DNA of 64,000 bases from an uncultured delta proteobacterium (GTDB lineage: Bacteria; Desulfobacterota; Binatia; UBA9968): positions 128,001 through 192,000 of the forward strand of contig CAWJZV010000017.1 in assembly GCA_963847445.1 (NCBI GenBank), given 5' to 3'. Shown here one piece after another: positions 34,297-45,953 of the stretch (within the stretch, counting starts at the first letter, position 1; the number at the start of each line of letters is the position of its first letter). A program made the translations under genes and the position numbers. The notes beneath the pieces were generated by a model. It made no database searches. It was given only the letters and a program-made list of their open reading frames with translations, and had not been told where the DNA came from.

Positions 34297-35312
34297 ATGA
34301 AAATGCTGAATGAGTTGGGACTGTATTACCGATTAGTTGTGATAATGGGCATGCTCGGTGTGACCCATTGGCTGAGGCGCAGGAGCGGTTCCGGGTTTCT
34401 TACGGCGGATTCAATGAAACCGCGACGTCGATGTGGGTCGGCATCGAGCGCGGCATGTTTAAGAAATACGGCATCGACGCGCAGATGGTTCAGGTGCGTA
34501 ACGGCGCGCTGAGCATCGCGACTTTGGTCGCGAAAGAAGTCGAAGCAGTTTGGCCGGCGCAGTCGACAATTTTGAGCACCGTATCCGGTGGCATCAAGCT
34601 CACCTGTATCGGCGGACCGGTGAATAAGATCCCGCGCAATCTCATGGTTCGCAAAGAGATCAAGGGCGCAGAAGACTTGCGTGGCAAAACCGTTGGCGTG
34701 CAAAGTATCGGCGGCGGTTTGTGGCTGCAAACGATGATTATCTTGGATCACCTCGGCGTCGATCCGGATAAGTACGGCATCAAAGTGCGTGTCATCGGCG
34801 ACGAAGCGACTCTGGCGCAGGCGATGATCACCAATAACATCGACTTCGGCGTCATTACCTACGGTTTGAGCGAGACATTATACCCGCAGGGATTCAAATC
34901 ATTGATCGACGCTGCCGATATTTCGGCTCCTTACCAGGGCCCGGAAATTTGTGGGCTGAAAGAATCCGTCGCCAGCCGCAACGAATTTTACTTGCGCGTC
35001 ATCAAAGGGTTGGCCGAGGCCGTTGCTTATATCCTCGACGACAATAATAAATCGGATGTCTCCAGAGTGGTGCAGCGAAATCTGCGCCTGAGCCGCCCCG
35101 ACGTGATCGAAGGCTCTTACAAAGTGTTGCGCAAGATGACTACCCTCGACCTAGCGCCCAACGTCGCGGCCTTCAAATCTGTTCAGCGCATCGTTGCGCG
35201 CATCAACCCGAAGATTGTCCAGGTCGATCTCGATCAAGTCATCGACGCAAGCTTCGTGCGTCAATTGGAGTCCAGCGGCTTTTTAGCGGAGCTGCGCAAG
35301 AAGATCAAATAA
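34297..35312 (+). CDS. NMT1/SsuA-type substrate-binding protein (frameshift near 34370)
   Basis: GMFKKYGID, DLRGKTVGVQSIGG and IDASFVRQLESSGF motifs. Confidence 0.85.
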
Positions 35313-35329
35313 CCGGCGAGGTCTTCATC

Positions 35330-36296
35330 TCAGGAAAACAAATCCAAAGTTTCCTTGGCGAACAGTTCGTCGACGGCGAATTTGCGCTTAGTCAGCCCCT
35401 GTTCGTGCGAGTAGAGCGTCGCGGCTTCTAAAGTCGCAGCGTTATGTCTTGACACCGTAGGGAGCGACATCCGCGCCAAGCACCTGGCGGGCGAATTCCA
35501 TATCCAAGTTGACCCATGGGAGCGACGCCAGGCCTTCTTCATAATCCTCGAAGGCGAGTTCCTTGGCGGCTTGAAAGCCTTGGGACAGGCGCACGGCCAA
35601 AGACGGGTCTTGTTCGTAGATCGCCCGGCGCATCACCGTCATGTGCATGATCGGGTATATTTTCGTGCGCTGGTAATAGTCCGCTTCGACAGCGCGGCAG
35701 TCGGGAAATAGCCGCGCCACCAACGGCGAACCCTGGAGAAACGCGCGCGGCGGCGAGGTCACGGCGACCGCGTCGAGCTCGCCCGCTTCGAGCAGGCCGT
35801 CGAGGGTCTGATCCTTGCCGATGTTGTCGATGCGGATACCCGGCGGAATGTCGATGGCGACATGCTCGGCGCGGCGGCGAAACCAGTGAATGTCTTCGGG
35901 CATGACGCCGTATTCATGTTGCAACAGGCCGCGCACGAACAAGAGCGCGGTCATCGAGTAATCGGCGATGCCAACCTTCTTGCCTTTGAGATCGGCCGGC
36001 TTGACGATGCCCGCCTTGGTATTGATCCAGATATAGGAATGGCGAAACACCCGCGATGGAAACACCGGAATGGCGACGAAGCGCCGGTCGTCCTTGCCCA
36101 TCGCGATCATGAAATTCGACAGCGACATTTCCGAGGCGTCGAATTCCTCGTCGTGCAACATGCGCAAGAAAATTTGCGATGGCGGCGAGATGTTGACGAA
36201 CTTGAGATCGACGCCGTCGACTTTGACGCGGCCGTTGGCCAGGGCGCGGCAATGATCGTAGTCGCGCATACCGATGGTGATGGTTCTATTTGCCAT
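35330..36296 (-). CDS. 4,5-dihydroxyphthalate decarboxylase-like protein (frameshift near 35450)
   Basis: YDHCRAL, FDASEMSLS, AIPVFPSRVFRHS, IYPIMH; C-terminal EQGL...VDELFA. Confidence 0.85.
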
Positions 36297-36466
36297 ATGT
36301 CCTCCGCTTCGAGCGTGGCAAATGTAAGTTGAATGGTCTGCGGAAGTCAATCGGGACAGACAGTAGGAGAGGCTCCCACCGGCTCTGTCTCTGGGTCAAT
36401 TCTCTGTCTGTCCAGTGGACAGGTTCGGAGCGGATGGGATAATGGAGAGTCGAAAGGAGTTGGCGT

Positions 36467-36907
36467 ATGGACAAACTTAAACTCGATGCCGTCGTACACT
36501 GGTCGATTCCGGTGAACGACTTGGAGGCGGCGGAGAAGTTCTACGGCGAGATTCTTGGCCTGGAGCATGTCGGCCGGCTGGCGAACACGCCGATGTCCTG
36601 CTTCAAGCTCGGCAATCACAACATTCTTCTGTGCCAGCGCAACGATCCGATCTACCGTACCGTCGAGCAGGACGGCCGGCTGCACCATGCTTTCGACGTC
36701 AGCCCCGAGATGTTCGACAGGGCTTGCAAGCTTTTTCACCAGCTCGCCATCAAGATTCACGAGCCGGTGGATTATCGGCCCGGTGGGTTTTTCACCGGCC
36801 GGCAACTGTTCGTTCTCGATCCCAGCGGCAATCGCATTGAATTGCGCGACGCCAGTTGGAAGAAGGGCATGCCGACGCCGACGTATGAGGAGATCGTCGC
36901 GTCGTGA
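36467..36907 (+). CDS. VOC/glyoxalase family protein
   Basis: H.SIPVNDLEAAEKFY, HHAF and DPSGNRIEL motifs; AAGGAG RBS. Confidence 0.88.
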   Translation: MDKLKLDAVVHWSIPVNDLEAAEKFYGEILGLEHVGRLANTPMSCFKLGNHNILLCQRNDPIYRTVEQDGRLHHAFDVSPEMFDRACKLFHQLAIKIHEPVDYRPGGFFTGRQLFVLDPSGNRIELRDASWKKGMPTPTYEEIVAS

Positions 36908-36996
36908 CGCTGCGCGTCCGCTCACATGGTTCAACACGTTCAAGCCGTTCGAATCGTTCTGGACGAGCCAACGCTTCCCTCGGCAAGGTCGGCATT

Positions 36997-37440
36997 ATGA
37001 AGAAGCACCTGGGTTGTCTAGGTCCCATAGTCCTGTTGGCAATTCTAATGGGCATTGGCAGATTTGCATGGCGCGGAGAAGATCCGTGTAAGCGGCGGCG
37101 GTATGACGCCGCTTCACTCCCTCATTTGGGTTGCCAACCACGAAGGGCTGTTCAAGAAATACGGCATGGATGTGGAATACCTGGCGATGAATAGCGGCAC
37201 CTTGGGTGTGCAGACGATGCTGTCAAACGACAGCCAGTTTCTCTTTTCCACCGGCGCCCTGGCGGTCACCGCCAACTTACAGGGCGCGGACATCGCGATG
37301 ATCACCGGCGGATTCAACTTATTCGCTTTCAAAGTGGTCGGCCGGCCCGAGATCAAGAACGGGCAGGATTTACGCGGGCAAGAAGATTTCCGCATCAGCC
37401 AATTCGGTGCCGCCACCGATTTCGCGGTGCAGGCGAGTCA
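36997..37440 (+). pseudogene. 5' part of an NMT1/SsuA-type substrate-binding gene, truncated
   Basis: GLFKKYGMDVE and DLRG..ISQFGAATDF, then an abrupt switch to unrelated sequence. Confidence 0.7.
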
Positions 37441-37454
37441 AGGGTGCGGCGGCG

Positions 37455-38460
37455 ACAGCTATTTGACCGGGAAAAAGTCTTGGCGAGCGATAGTGCCAAC
37501 GGCCGACCGGTGGTGCTGATGGTCCACGGAAGCGTGTCGCTGTTGACCCAGCCGTTCGATGTCGACCATGAAAGCTACAGCTGGATGAATTATCTGGCGC
37601 GGGTGGGTTTGATGTCTTGGCCATGGATATGACCGGTATGGAAAGTCATCGCGGCCGAAGATGGACGATCCGTGCAATGTCGGGGCGAAGCTTGCAGACA
37701 AACGCAGATGCCGAACACTTTGAAAGAAGCCTGCAAGCCTTCTTACCCGTATCAGTTGGTCAACCGGCAAGAGCGATCACGACGATCACGACCGGGTGAT
37801 CAAGTATATTCGCAAGTGCGTGGCGTGGCTAAAGTCAATTTGCTCGGTTGGTCGGGCGGCGGTTATCGCACCGGCACTTACACTAGTGAGCGGCCGGAGA
37901 AAGTCGACAAGCTGGTGATTTTCGCTTCGTCCAATTATGCGCGTAAGAACCCCAGTAAACCCGCGACAGTGACCGACAGCTGGCTTTACGAGTGACGGAT
38001 TCAGAGCCGCGAACTGAGTTGAGAAGCAGCGCTGGTTTCCATCGCCAAGTGTGCGGACCAGATCGAACGGGCATGGCGATCGCATTTGGGAGCTGAGCAA
38101 AGCGCATGACCCGTTAGGCATGACCTGGGGCCGACGTAATTGCGCGCACCGACGCGCACATACTGGGGTTGGAATGCCGAGGAGGCGAAGCGCGTAACGT
38201 GCCGACCTCGGTCATGCTCGGCGAGTTCGACGATTGAATGCATCGAACCGCGAACTGTACGAAGATCTCGGCACGGAAAATAAAGTCTTCGTCAGCATCG
38301 CCTGCGGGTCGAATTTTCTCGTCTGGGAAAAGAACCATGGCGCGCTTCATGAGGCATCGCGGCAGTGGTTGATGAACGTGACGTTTAACGGTGCGGGTCG
38401 CGGCGAATTTCGCATGAAGCCGGAGAATAAGGTTAACACCACTTGGGAATTCCCACATGA
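37455..38460 (+). pseudogene. Alpha/beta hydrolase lacking its 5' end, with multiple frameshifts
   Basis: Fragments VVLMVHG, SYSWMNYLA, MDMTG, NLLGWS.GG and LYEDLG..NKVFVSIAC in changing frames. Confidence 0.65.
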
Positions 38461-39458
38461 ACGCAGATCGCCCGCCTTCCTATTATCCCTACGTCCCGCT
38501 ACCCGACCGCGGGCCGCTACGCTTTCCCGATGGCGCGCAGTTGGCGCTGATTATCACGATTAACTTAGAATACTGGGAGCCGTCTCGCCCCGGACAGAAG
38601 GAGCCGCTGTTCACCGGTGGACCGATGACGATTCCCCATGCGCTGCCGGGCGATGTGCTCGATACGGCCAACTGGACTTGGCGCGAGTATGGCCAGCGCG
38701 TCGGCGTCTGGCGCATGATCGAGATGTTCGACAAGACGGCAGTCAAGCCGTCGTGCACGATCAACGGCCTGACCATGACCGAGCGCCGTCGCGTCGTCGA
38801 CGCCTGCAACGAGCGCGGCTGGGAACTGGTGCCGCACAACTGGGCGCAGAACGATTTGCTGACTTACTATGCCGACAAACCGGATGAAGAACGCGCGGTG
38901 ATTCGGCGCACGCTCGATACTTACGAAAAGGTCGTCGGCCGGCCGGCCCAGGCGTGGCTGTCGTCGGCGATCCGCGGCACGCTGCACACGCCGGCGTTTT
39001 TGAAAGAGTTCGGTTTGCTCGCTTACTGCGATTATTTGAACGACGATCAGCCGTATTTGATTCACACTATTCATGGGCCGATCGTCTGCGTGCCTTACTC
39101 CAACGACATCAACGACTTTAACCTGTTCGCCCGCGGCGGCATGTCGGCGTCGGCGGGACTAGAGACATTGAAAATTTGCTTCGATCAACTTTACTCGGAA
39201 GGCGCGGCGACCGGGCGCATCATGAACGTCGGCCTGCATCCCCATGTCATGGGCCACGCCCATCGCATCGGCGCGCTGCGCGAGTTCGTCGAATACGCCC
39301 AGGCGCGTGACAAGGTTTGGTTTCCCAGCCGCGCGGAGATCGCCCGCTGGTATTTGACTGTGCATGAGACGCATATTCCGGATTCGCATTTGGAAGTAAG
39401 TAAAGGTAAGGAGTTAAGGGTTTCGGAACGGAAATCGGGAGAGAAGAATGCAGACTGA
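38457..39458 (+). CDS. Polysaccharide deacetylase family protein (PuuE-like)
   Basis: INLEYW, EYGQRVG.WR, NDDQPY and GLHPH motifs. Confidence 0.87.
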   Translation: MNADRPPSYYPYVPLPDRGPLRFPDGAQLALIITINLEYWEPSRPGQKEPLFTGGPMTIPHALPGDVLDTANWTWREYGQRVGVWRMIEMFDKTAVKPSCTINGLTMTERRRVVDACNERGWELVPHNWAQNDLLTYYADKPDEERAVIRRTLDTYEKVVGRPAQAWLSSAIRGTLHTPAFLKEFGLLAYCDYLNDDQPYLIHTIHGPIVCVPYSNDINDFNLFARGGMSASAGLETLKICFDQLYSEGAATGRIMNVGLHPHVMGHAHRIGALREFVEYAQARDKVWFPSRAEIARWYLTVHETHIPDSHLEVSKGKELRVSERKSGEKNAD

Positions 39459-40335
39459 GCGTTACGATTACTCGGCGATTGTCAGGCGCAAACCGTTCAA
39501 ATGGCCCAACGGCGCGCGGGTCGCGCTCATGGTGGCGCCTAATATTGAGTTCTTCCATGTCGACAAAGTGATTCCCGGCGCCACGAGTTCCGCATTGCCG
39601 GATGTGACCGGCTATGCGCTGCGCGACTATGGCTCGCGCATCGGCGTGTTTCGCATGATGGAGGTGTTGGATAAACATTCGCTGCGCGCCAGCGTGTTAC
39701 TCAATGCCGATGTCTGCGCGCACCATCCGGCGATTATCGAGGAAGGCAATCGACGAAATTGGGAATGGCTCGGCCACGGAGTCACCAACAATACTCGCAT
39801 GAATCAATATCCCGCCGACGAAGAGCGCGGCGTGATCCGCCAGATTCGCGACACGATTGCGTCGGCCACGGGCAAAGCGCCGCGCGGTTGGCTCGGTCCC
39901 GGTGGCGGCGACGAGAGTCCGCATACGCTCGATCATTTGGCCGCTGAGGGATTCGATTACGTCTGCGATTGGGGTTTTGACGATCAGCCCTGCGCCATGC
40001 GGGTGCAGTCGGGGCGCATGATCGCGATTCCTTACCAGCAAGGTCTAAACGACATCCGGGTGATTTTTCAGGGCGGCCACACGCCGAAAGACTGGTTACA
40101 AATGGTCTGCGATCAGTTCGATACGCTTTACCTCGAGGGTGTCAGCCAGGCGCGGGTGATGACGATTCCTCTCCATCCGTTCGTCATCGGCTTAGCGTTT
40201 CGTATCAAATATCTCGACAAGGCGCTGGAGTACATCTGTTCCCACGACGGCGTGTGGAAAGCGACCGGAGCGGAGATCGCGGATTACTATTATGCGAACT
40301 TACTACCAGAATCCATGATGCGGAGGCTTCGATGA
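39448..40335 (+). CDS. Polysaccharide deacetylase family protein (PuuE-like)
   Basis: WPNGARVA, DYGSRIG.FR, GWLGPG, DDQP and PLHPF motifs. Confidence 0.87.
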   Translation: MQTERYDYSAIVRRKPFKWPNGARVALMVAPNIEFFHVDKVIPGATSSALPDVTGYALRDYGSRIGVFRMMEVLDKHSLRASVLLNADVCAHHPAIIEEGNRRNWEWLGHGVTNNTRMNQYPADEERGVIRQIRDTIASATGKAPRGWLGPGGGDESPHTLDHLAAEGFDYVCDWGFDDQPCAMRVQSGRMIAIPYQQGLNDIRVIFQGGHTPKDWLQMVCDQFDTLYLEGVSQARVMTIPLHPFVIGLAFRIKYLDKALEYICSHDGVWKATGAEIADYYYANLLPESMMRRLR

Positions 40336-41313
40336 CGTTTATAACCGTGGCCGCGTGGTTGATCGCATTTCTCTTCAATATGTCGGCCAATGCCGCGGAC
40401 CGAGTCATCATTGGCAATGTCTCGCGCACGGTCGAGCAACTGCCGAACTATGCCGCCACCGACAGGGGATTTTTTAGCCAGGAAGGCATTCAAGGCGATG
40501 TCGTGTTGATCGGCTCCACCGATACGTTGATCCAGGCGCTCATCGCCGGGCAGGTGAACGTCGCCATCGTCGATCCGTCGGCGGCGATCAACGCGGTGGA
40601 GCGCGGCGCGTCTCTGAAGATCATCGGCGGTACGGTGCCGGTGGCCGCTTACACTCTAGTCACCTGTCCCAAGTACAAAAGCATTAAAGATCTGAAGGGC
40701 ACCAACATCGGCGTGGTCAGCTTGGTTTCCGGCAGCACGATTTTTTTGCGTGAGATGTTGAAAGCCGAAGGGCTGGAGCTCAACCGCGACTACACGATCA
40801 TTCAAAACGGCCCCACCGGTCAGCGGCTCGCCAGTCTCAAGACTTGCAGCACTGTCGGCGACGATGTTGCTCGGCGGCGACCTACCGCGCTCGCGCGAGC
40901 TCGGCTTTTTGGAGATCGCAAAACTGTCGGATTATATTCCTAACTTGCAGTTTCACAGCTTGATCGTCGACAGCAAGTGGGCTGAGGCGAATAGTCCGCT
41001 GACGGTACGCTATTTGAAATCGATGGTGCGGGCCATGCAGTGGGCCCACGGCAACCGCGAGCAAGCCGCCGAATTGGTTGCCAAACGCACCGGCATTCCG
41101 CTCAAGTCGACGCGCGTGACCGTCGACGAATATCTCACGCAGGGGATTATCAGCAAAGACGGATCGGTCAATCGCGAAGGCTTCCAGCGTTTGATCGACT
41201 TGATGGGCGACAGACTGTTCAAGAGCAAGCCCTATCCGGCGCCGGAAAAATATTTGGACTTGAGCTATCTGCGGCGCGCGCAGCAGGAGCTCGGGGTTAC
41301 GAGCGGTCGATGA
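40332..41313 (+). CDS. NMT1/SsuA-type substrate-binding protein (frameshift near 40855)
   Basis: GFFSQEGI, DLKGTNIGV and KYLDLSYL motifs. Confidence 0.82.
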
Positions 41314-41345
41314 ACGAAGTAAATGTTAGGCCGGCGCATCGGTCG

Positions 41346-41408
41346 AGATCCCTCTCTCCGTTCGGGATGACAGGGCTCAAAACTGTCATTTCGAACGAAG
41401 GGAAATCT
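41346..41408. repeat. ATGACA/TGTCAT REP-like doublet
   Basis: agatccctctctccgttcgggatgaca ... tgtcatttcgaacgaagggaaatct form imperfect inverted copies. Confidence 0.65.
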
Positions 41409-41493
41409 TTCCGTAATCGGCAAGTGACGCAATCGAGACGTAGCTTCTGAACGGAGTCGTGCGAGTATGCGCGACTCGAAAAGTTGAGGAGTG

Positions 41494-42502
41494 ATGATGA
41501 ACCGACCACTGCTTCGAGTTTTATTATCTATGATGGCGATCGTAGGGTTCGTTACGCTGTCGACAAGTATGCGTCGGCGCAGGACGGCCGCCGGCTGCGC
41601 GCCGGCTATGCTTCGCTCTCGGGTAACATGGCGCCGTACTGGGCGGCGAAGGATTCCGGGCTTTACAAGAAATACGGCCTCGATATCGATCTCGTGGCGT
41701 TTCCCAGCGGCACGGAGGGGATGGCGGCGATGATCGCCGGCGAGATCGAGTTTCTCGCCATCGCCGGCAGCACGACGGCGAGCGCGGCCATCGGCGGCGC
41801 GGATGTCGTATCGCTGGCGATCACCACGGAACGTTTGGTGACGAGCCTGATGACGATTCCGAGCATCCAGCGGGCGGAGGAGCTGAAAGGCAAAGCGGTG
41901 GGCATCAGCCGGTTCGGCACTTCCATCGATACCGCGGCGCGTATGGCGCTGCATCATTACGGTTTGGAAGCGATGAAGGATGTGATGCTGGTGCAAGTGG
42001 GCGCGGTTTCCTCGGGCGTCGCGGCGCTGCGCGGCGGGCGCATTCAAGGGGCGATTTTGTCTTATCCCGATTGATCCAGGCGCGCCGGGAGGGCTTTCGC
42101 GAGCTGCTCGACATCGCGTCGTTAGGAGTTCCCTACGCGTCGACGGGGATCACCGTGCGCAAGAGTTTCATGGCCCAGCGCCGCGATGTCGTGGTCAATT
42201 ATGTGAAATCGATTCTCGAGGCGACCGCCCGGATCAAGCGAGACAAAGCATTTACCATCGAAATGATGATGAAGTATTTCCGCACCAAGGACCGCGAGAT
42301 GATGGAAGAGACCTACGAGGTTTCCGTGGCTAAATATTTGAAGCGCGTGCCGACGCCGACCGCGGAATCGTTTCGCACGGTGATCGATGAACTGGCCCTG
42401 GTCAACCCCAAGGCCAAGGGTCAAGATCCCAAACGGTTCTACGACGAAAGTATTTTGCAGGAGCTGGACAAGAGCGGCTTTATCAATGCGCTCAACCGGT
42501 GA
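41494..42502 (+). CDS. NMT1/SsuA-type substrate-binding protein (frameshifts near 41565 and 42070)
   Basis: GLYKKYGLD, LKGKAVGISRFG and LDKSGFI motifs. Confidence 0.82.
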
Positions 42503-42553
42503 ACGCCTGCCTCTCCGACTCTCGTAAGGTTACCGACGAATCAGTTGCGGCGG

Positions 42554-43419
42554 TTAGTTCAACAGCCCACTGCCTTCGCTCGTTACTATTTGGACGAAAT
42601 CCGTCTTGGCATTTTTCATGCGGTTCATCTGGCTATCGGCTTCTTGCATGAGTTCGGCGACGGTCCGTGGCGCTTTGGTACAGGCCACGGCACTGATATA
42701 GAAGTTGAGCGGGTGAGAATATTTGCGCCGTTCGTCCTTGAGCGCGTTGTGCAGTTGTTCGAGCGCCAAATTGGCGCCGGTGGACGCGGTGTTGGGTAAC
42801 AGCACCGCGAAGCTGGTCCCCGCTAACCTTCCCACCAAGTCCGGTCGTGCGACATTCTGCCGAATCGTATGGGCAATGGTGCACATCATCTGATCGCCCG
42901 ACGGATAGCCAAGCCGCTCGTTGATCAGCTGCATACCGGTGATGTCGATGCAGGCGAGGGTCAGGGGTTCAAGGCCAATGGCGCGATTCATTTCCTCGGA
43001 AGCCAAGTCGGTAAAAGGCGCGGCCGTTGGGCAGCCCGGTGAGAAAATCGCTGTTCGCAAGATTGGTAAGCTCGTCAAGCTTAATTCTGAGATATGCTTG
43101 GGTCAATGCGAAGACCACGAATAGACTGGTGCACATGAGCAGGTTGCCGTAGGCGATCCATGGCGAAGAATATACCCGGCCGCTCAGAGAGTCGGCGACA
43201 AACCAAACCAGTGATCCGAGAATCGCCAAGTAGATTGCCCACCGCCTGGGAGACAAACCAGCTGGCGAGAAATATCGGGATCAAATAGACCAGCAAGAAC
43301 TGCATCTCGATGCCGGTGGTCAAATCGAGCACGCCGAGCAAGATGGATACAGCGATGGCGATGACAGCGACCGTGCGCTTGGACCGGCACTCAAAAAAGT
43401 TAGCTAATTGCGAATTCAT
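42554..43419 (-). CDS. Membrane protein with a degenerate GGDEF domain (two frameshifts)
   Basis: About 4 TM segments, DFLTGLPN; AGTSF in place of GGDEF. Confidence 0.78.
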
Positions 43420-43677
43420 TAAACGACTCCCGCGACTGTGTCTGCTAATCTGGGGAATTGTAATCGACAATCCTCCATGCAGTCAATTGTGTCGTCGCAT
43501 CACGTCGAGTTTGGAATCACCAGTTTGCCGATGAGCTGGGCGGGCGCAGATCGGATCTGCCTCGGCGCGGAAGCGGAGAGATACGCCATTTAGTTTGTCA
43601 AAATTCCCTAAAGTTGCTTTAATTCGCGCCGTATGATGGGTACAGGGGCTTACCGTCAGCGTCATGAGGAGGGCCGG

Positions 43678-44709
43678 ATGATCAACGGCATTAACGGTTG
43701 GATGATCGCGTTCGCTGCGGCGTTGCTTATGGTCCCTCAGTTTCATCCGGCCCACGGCCAGGAAGCGTATTACAAAGGCAAAACCATTCGACTGATCGTC
43801 GGTCTAGCGCCGGGAGGTGGCTTCGATACCTATTCGCGAGTCATCGCACGCCATATGGGCAAGCATATTCCCGGAACTCCGGCGATGGTGGTCGATAACA
43901 TGCCCGGAGCGGCGAGCCTGTTGGCGGCGAATCATGTCTACAAAGTAGCCAAGCCGGATGGACTTACCATCGGCAATTTCGTCGGCGGTCTGGTCTTTCA
44001 ACAAATTCTCGGCTTGCCGGGCGTAGCGTTCGATGGCCCCAAGTTCGAATACTTGGGCGTGCCGGCGCAGGATAATTTCATCATCGGCATCGCTAAGTCC
44101 ACCGGTATTACGAGCGTTGAACAGTGGAAGGCGTCAGGGACGATACTGAAGATCGGCGGCGTGGCGCCCGGCGGTGGCACCGACGATATTCCAAAGGTAT
44201 TGAAGGCGACCTTGGGATTGCCGCTGCAAATGGTGTCGGGCTACAAAGGCACGGGACCGGTGCGGTTGGCATTCAATGCCGGCGAAGTGCATGGCATCAG
44301 CAATTCTCTGGAATCGTTTCGCTCGACCTGGCGCGCCGAGCTGGAAAAGGGCGAAGTGACCTATCTGATTCAAGCGAATTTGAAGCCTCATCCAGAGCTC
44401 CCCAACGTACCCTGGGCCGCCGATCTGACAAAAAGCGAAGAAGCGCGCAAGATGATCCTCACGACTGCGCGCGTCAACGGCGTGCTCAACCGGTTCTACG
44501 TTTTGCCGCCGGGAACCGCCAAGGATCGCGTGTTGTTACTGCGCAAAGCCTTCATGGAGACGATGAAAGATCCTGAGTTCATTGCCGACGCGCAAAAGGC
44601 CAGGCTCGATCTCGACCCCATCGACGGTGAAGAGATTCAAAAACAGGTGCGCGAGCTGTTCAAAATTGAGCCGGCGTTAGTCGCGAAGTTGAAAGAGATA
44701 TTGAAGTAG
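43678..44709 (+). CDS. TctC/Bug-family substrate-binding protein
   Basis: IVGLAPGGGFD, DNMPGA, KPDGLT and SGYKG motifs. Confidence 0.88.
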   Translation: MINGINGWMIAFAAALLMVPQFHPAHGQEAYYKGKTIRLIVGLAPGGGFDTYSRVIARHMGKHIPGTPAMVVDNMPGAASLLAANHVYKVAKPDGLTIGNFVGGLVFQQILGLPGVAFDGPKFEYLGVPAQDNFIIGIAKSTGITSVEQWKASGTILKIGGVAPGGGTDDIPKVLKATLGLPLQMVSGYKGTGPVRLAFNAGEVHGISNSLESFRSTWRAELEKGEVTYLIQANLKPHPELPNVPWAADLTKSEEARKMILTTARVNGVLNRFYVLPPGTAKDRVLLLRKAFMETMKDPEFIADAQKARLDLDPIDGEEIQKQVRELFKIEPALVAKLKEILK

Positions 44710-44918
44710 TATCGCTCTAGTGCGCGCCCAGTCACGCTGAATATACATTTTCTTTTCGCCGCCGGCATTCTTCGAGTTGAATCGAATCGTATTTCACGAT
44801 CGCCGCGCAGCATAGGCAGATGTTAGAGCGGCGTCAAGACTCAATCGCGCTTGTTGCGCAGGTTAGCTTTTGTTATGAGACGAATGAGTCTAATCTTTGC
44901 TTCACGGGAGTGTGTTGA

Positions 44919-45948
44919 ATGATTTCACTAGATCGAATCCAGATTCTTTTCATCGCCATCGCATCATTGTTGCTGCCGGTGCCGGCAGCTTACACCGCCA
45001 CGCCATACTACGAGGGCAAGACCATCCGCATTATCGTCGGCACTGCGCCCGGCGGCGGCTATGACACGTACACGCAGGCTTTTGGCGCGCCATTTTAGCA
45101 AACATATCCCGGGGACCCCGAATGTCATCGTCGATAACATGCCTGGCGCCGGCGGTCTGCTGTCGGCCAACCATATGTATCGCGTCGCTAAAGCCGACGG
45201 CTTGACCATCGGTCATTTTGTCGGCGGGCAGTTTTTGCAGCAACTCCTCGGCCGGCCCGGTATCGAGTTCGATGCCCGGCGTTTCGAATATATCGGTGTG
45301 CCAGCCCAGGATAATTTCGTTCTTACGGTGGCCAAGACGAGCGGCGTCACCAGCATGGAACAGTGGATGGGCTCAAAGACGCCGATCAAGTTCGGCGCCA
45401 TCGCACCGGGAGACGGGACCTACGATACCCCCAAAGTGATCGAAGCGACACTCGGTGTGCCGATTCAAATCGTCAGCGGTTACAAAGGTACTGCGCCGAT
45501 TCGTTTGGCTTTCAACAGCGGCGAGGTCGGCGGGTTGAGCAACTCATGGCAGTCTTTGAAATCGACTTGGTCCAAAGAGTTGGAGAGCGGTGAAGCGGTC
45601 GTGCTCGCGCAGTTGTCGACAAAGCCCCATGCCGATCTGCCCAAGGTGCCGCTGGCGATGAGCCTGGCCAAGAATGATGAAGCACGAAAATTGATCGTTG
45701 CCGTGGCGCAGAGCCACGGCGCTGCCGTGCGGCCCTATTTGCTGCCGCCCGAGACGCCGAAAAATCTCGTGGAGATATTACGCAAGAGTTTTATGGAGGC
45801 GATTCGCGATCCGGAGCTGCTCGCCGAGGCAAAAAAAGCCAGATTGGAAATCAATCCCGGTTCTGGTGAAGAATTGGAGCGAAATGTGACAGAGCTGCTT
45901 CGATTGGACGCTCCCCTAGTCACGCGCTTGAAAGATATTCTAAAATAG
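44919..45948 (+). CDS. TctC/Bug-family substrate-binding protein, tandem paralog (frameshift near 45075)
   Basis: YYEGKTIRIIVGTAPGGGYD, then DNMPGAGG; GVPAQDNF shared with 43678. Confidence 0.85.
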
Positions 45949-45953
45949 CCGCA

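Noticed and set aside
36354-36413. 10-bp inverted repeat ggacagacag/ctgtctgtcc between divergent genes
   Set aside because: Single copy with a 40-nt spacer; cannot distinguish operator, repeat remnant or chance.
42072-42074. TGA inside a binding-protein gene as possible Sec
   Set aside because: Continuation needs a frameshift and there is no Cys-type motif.
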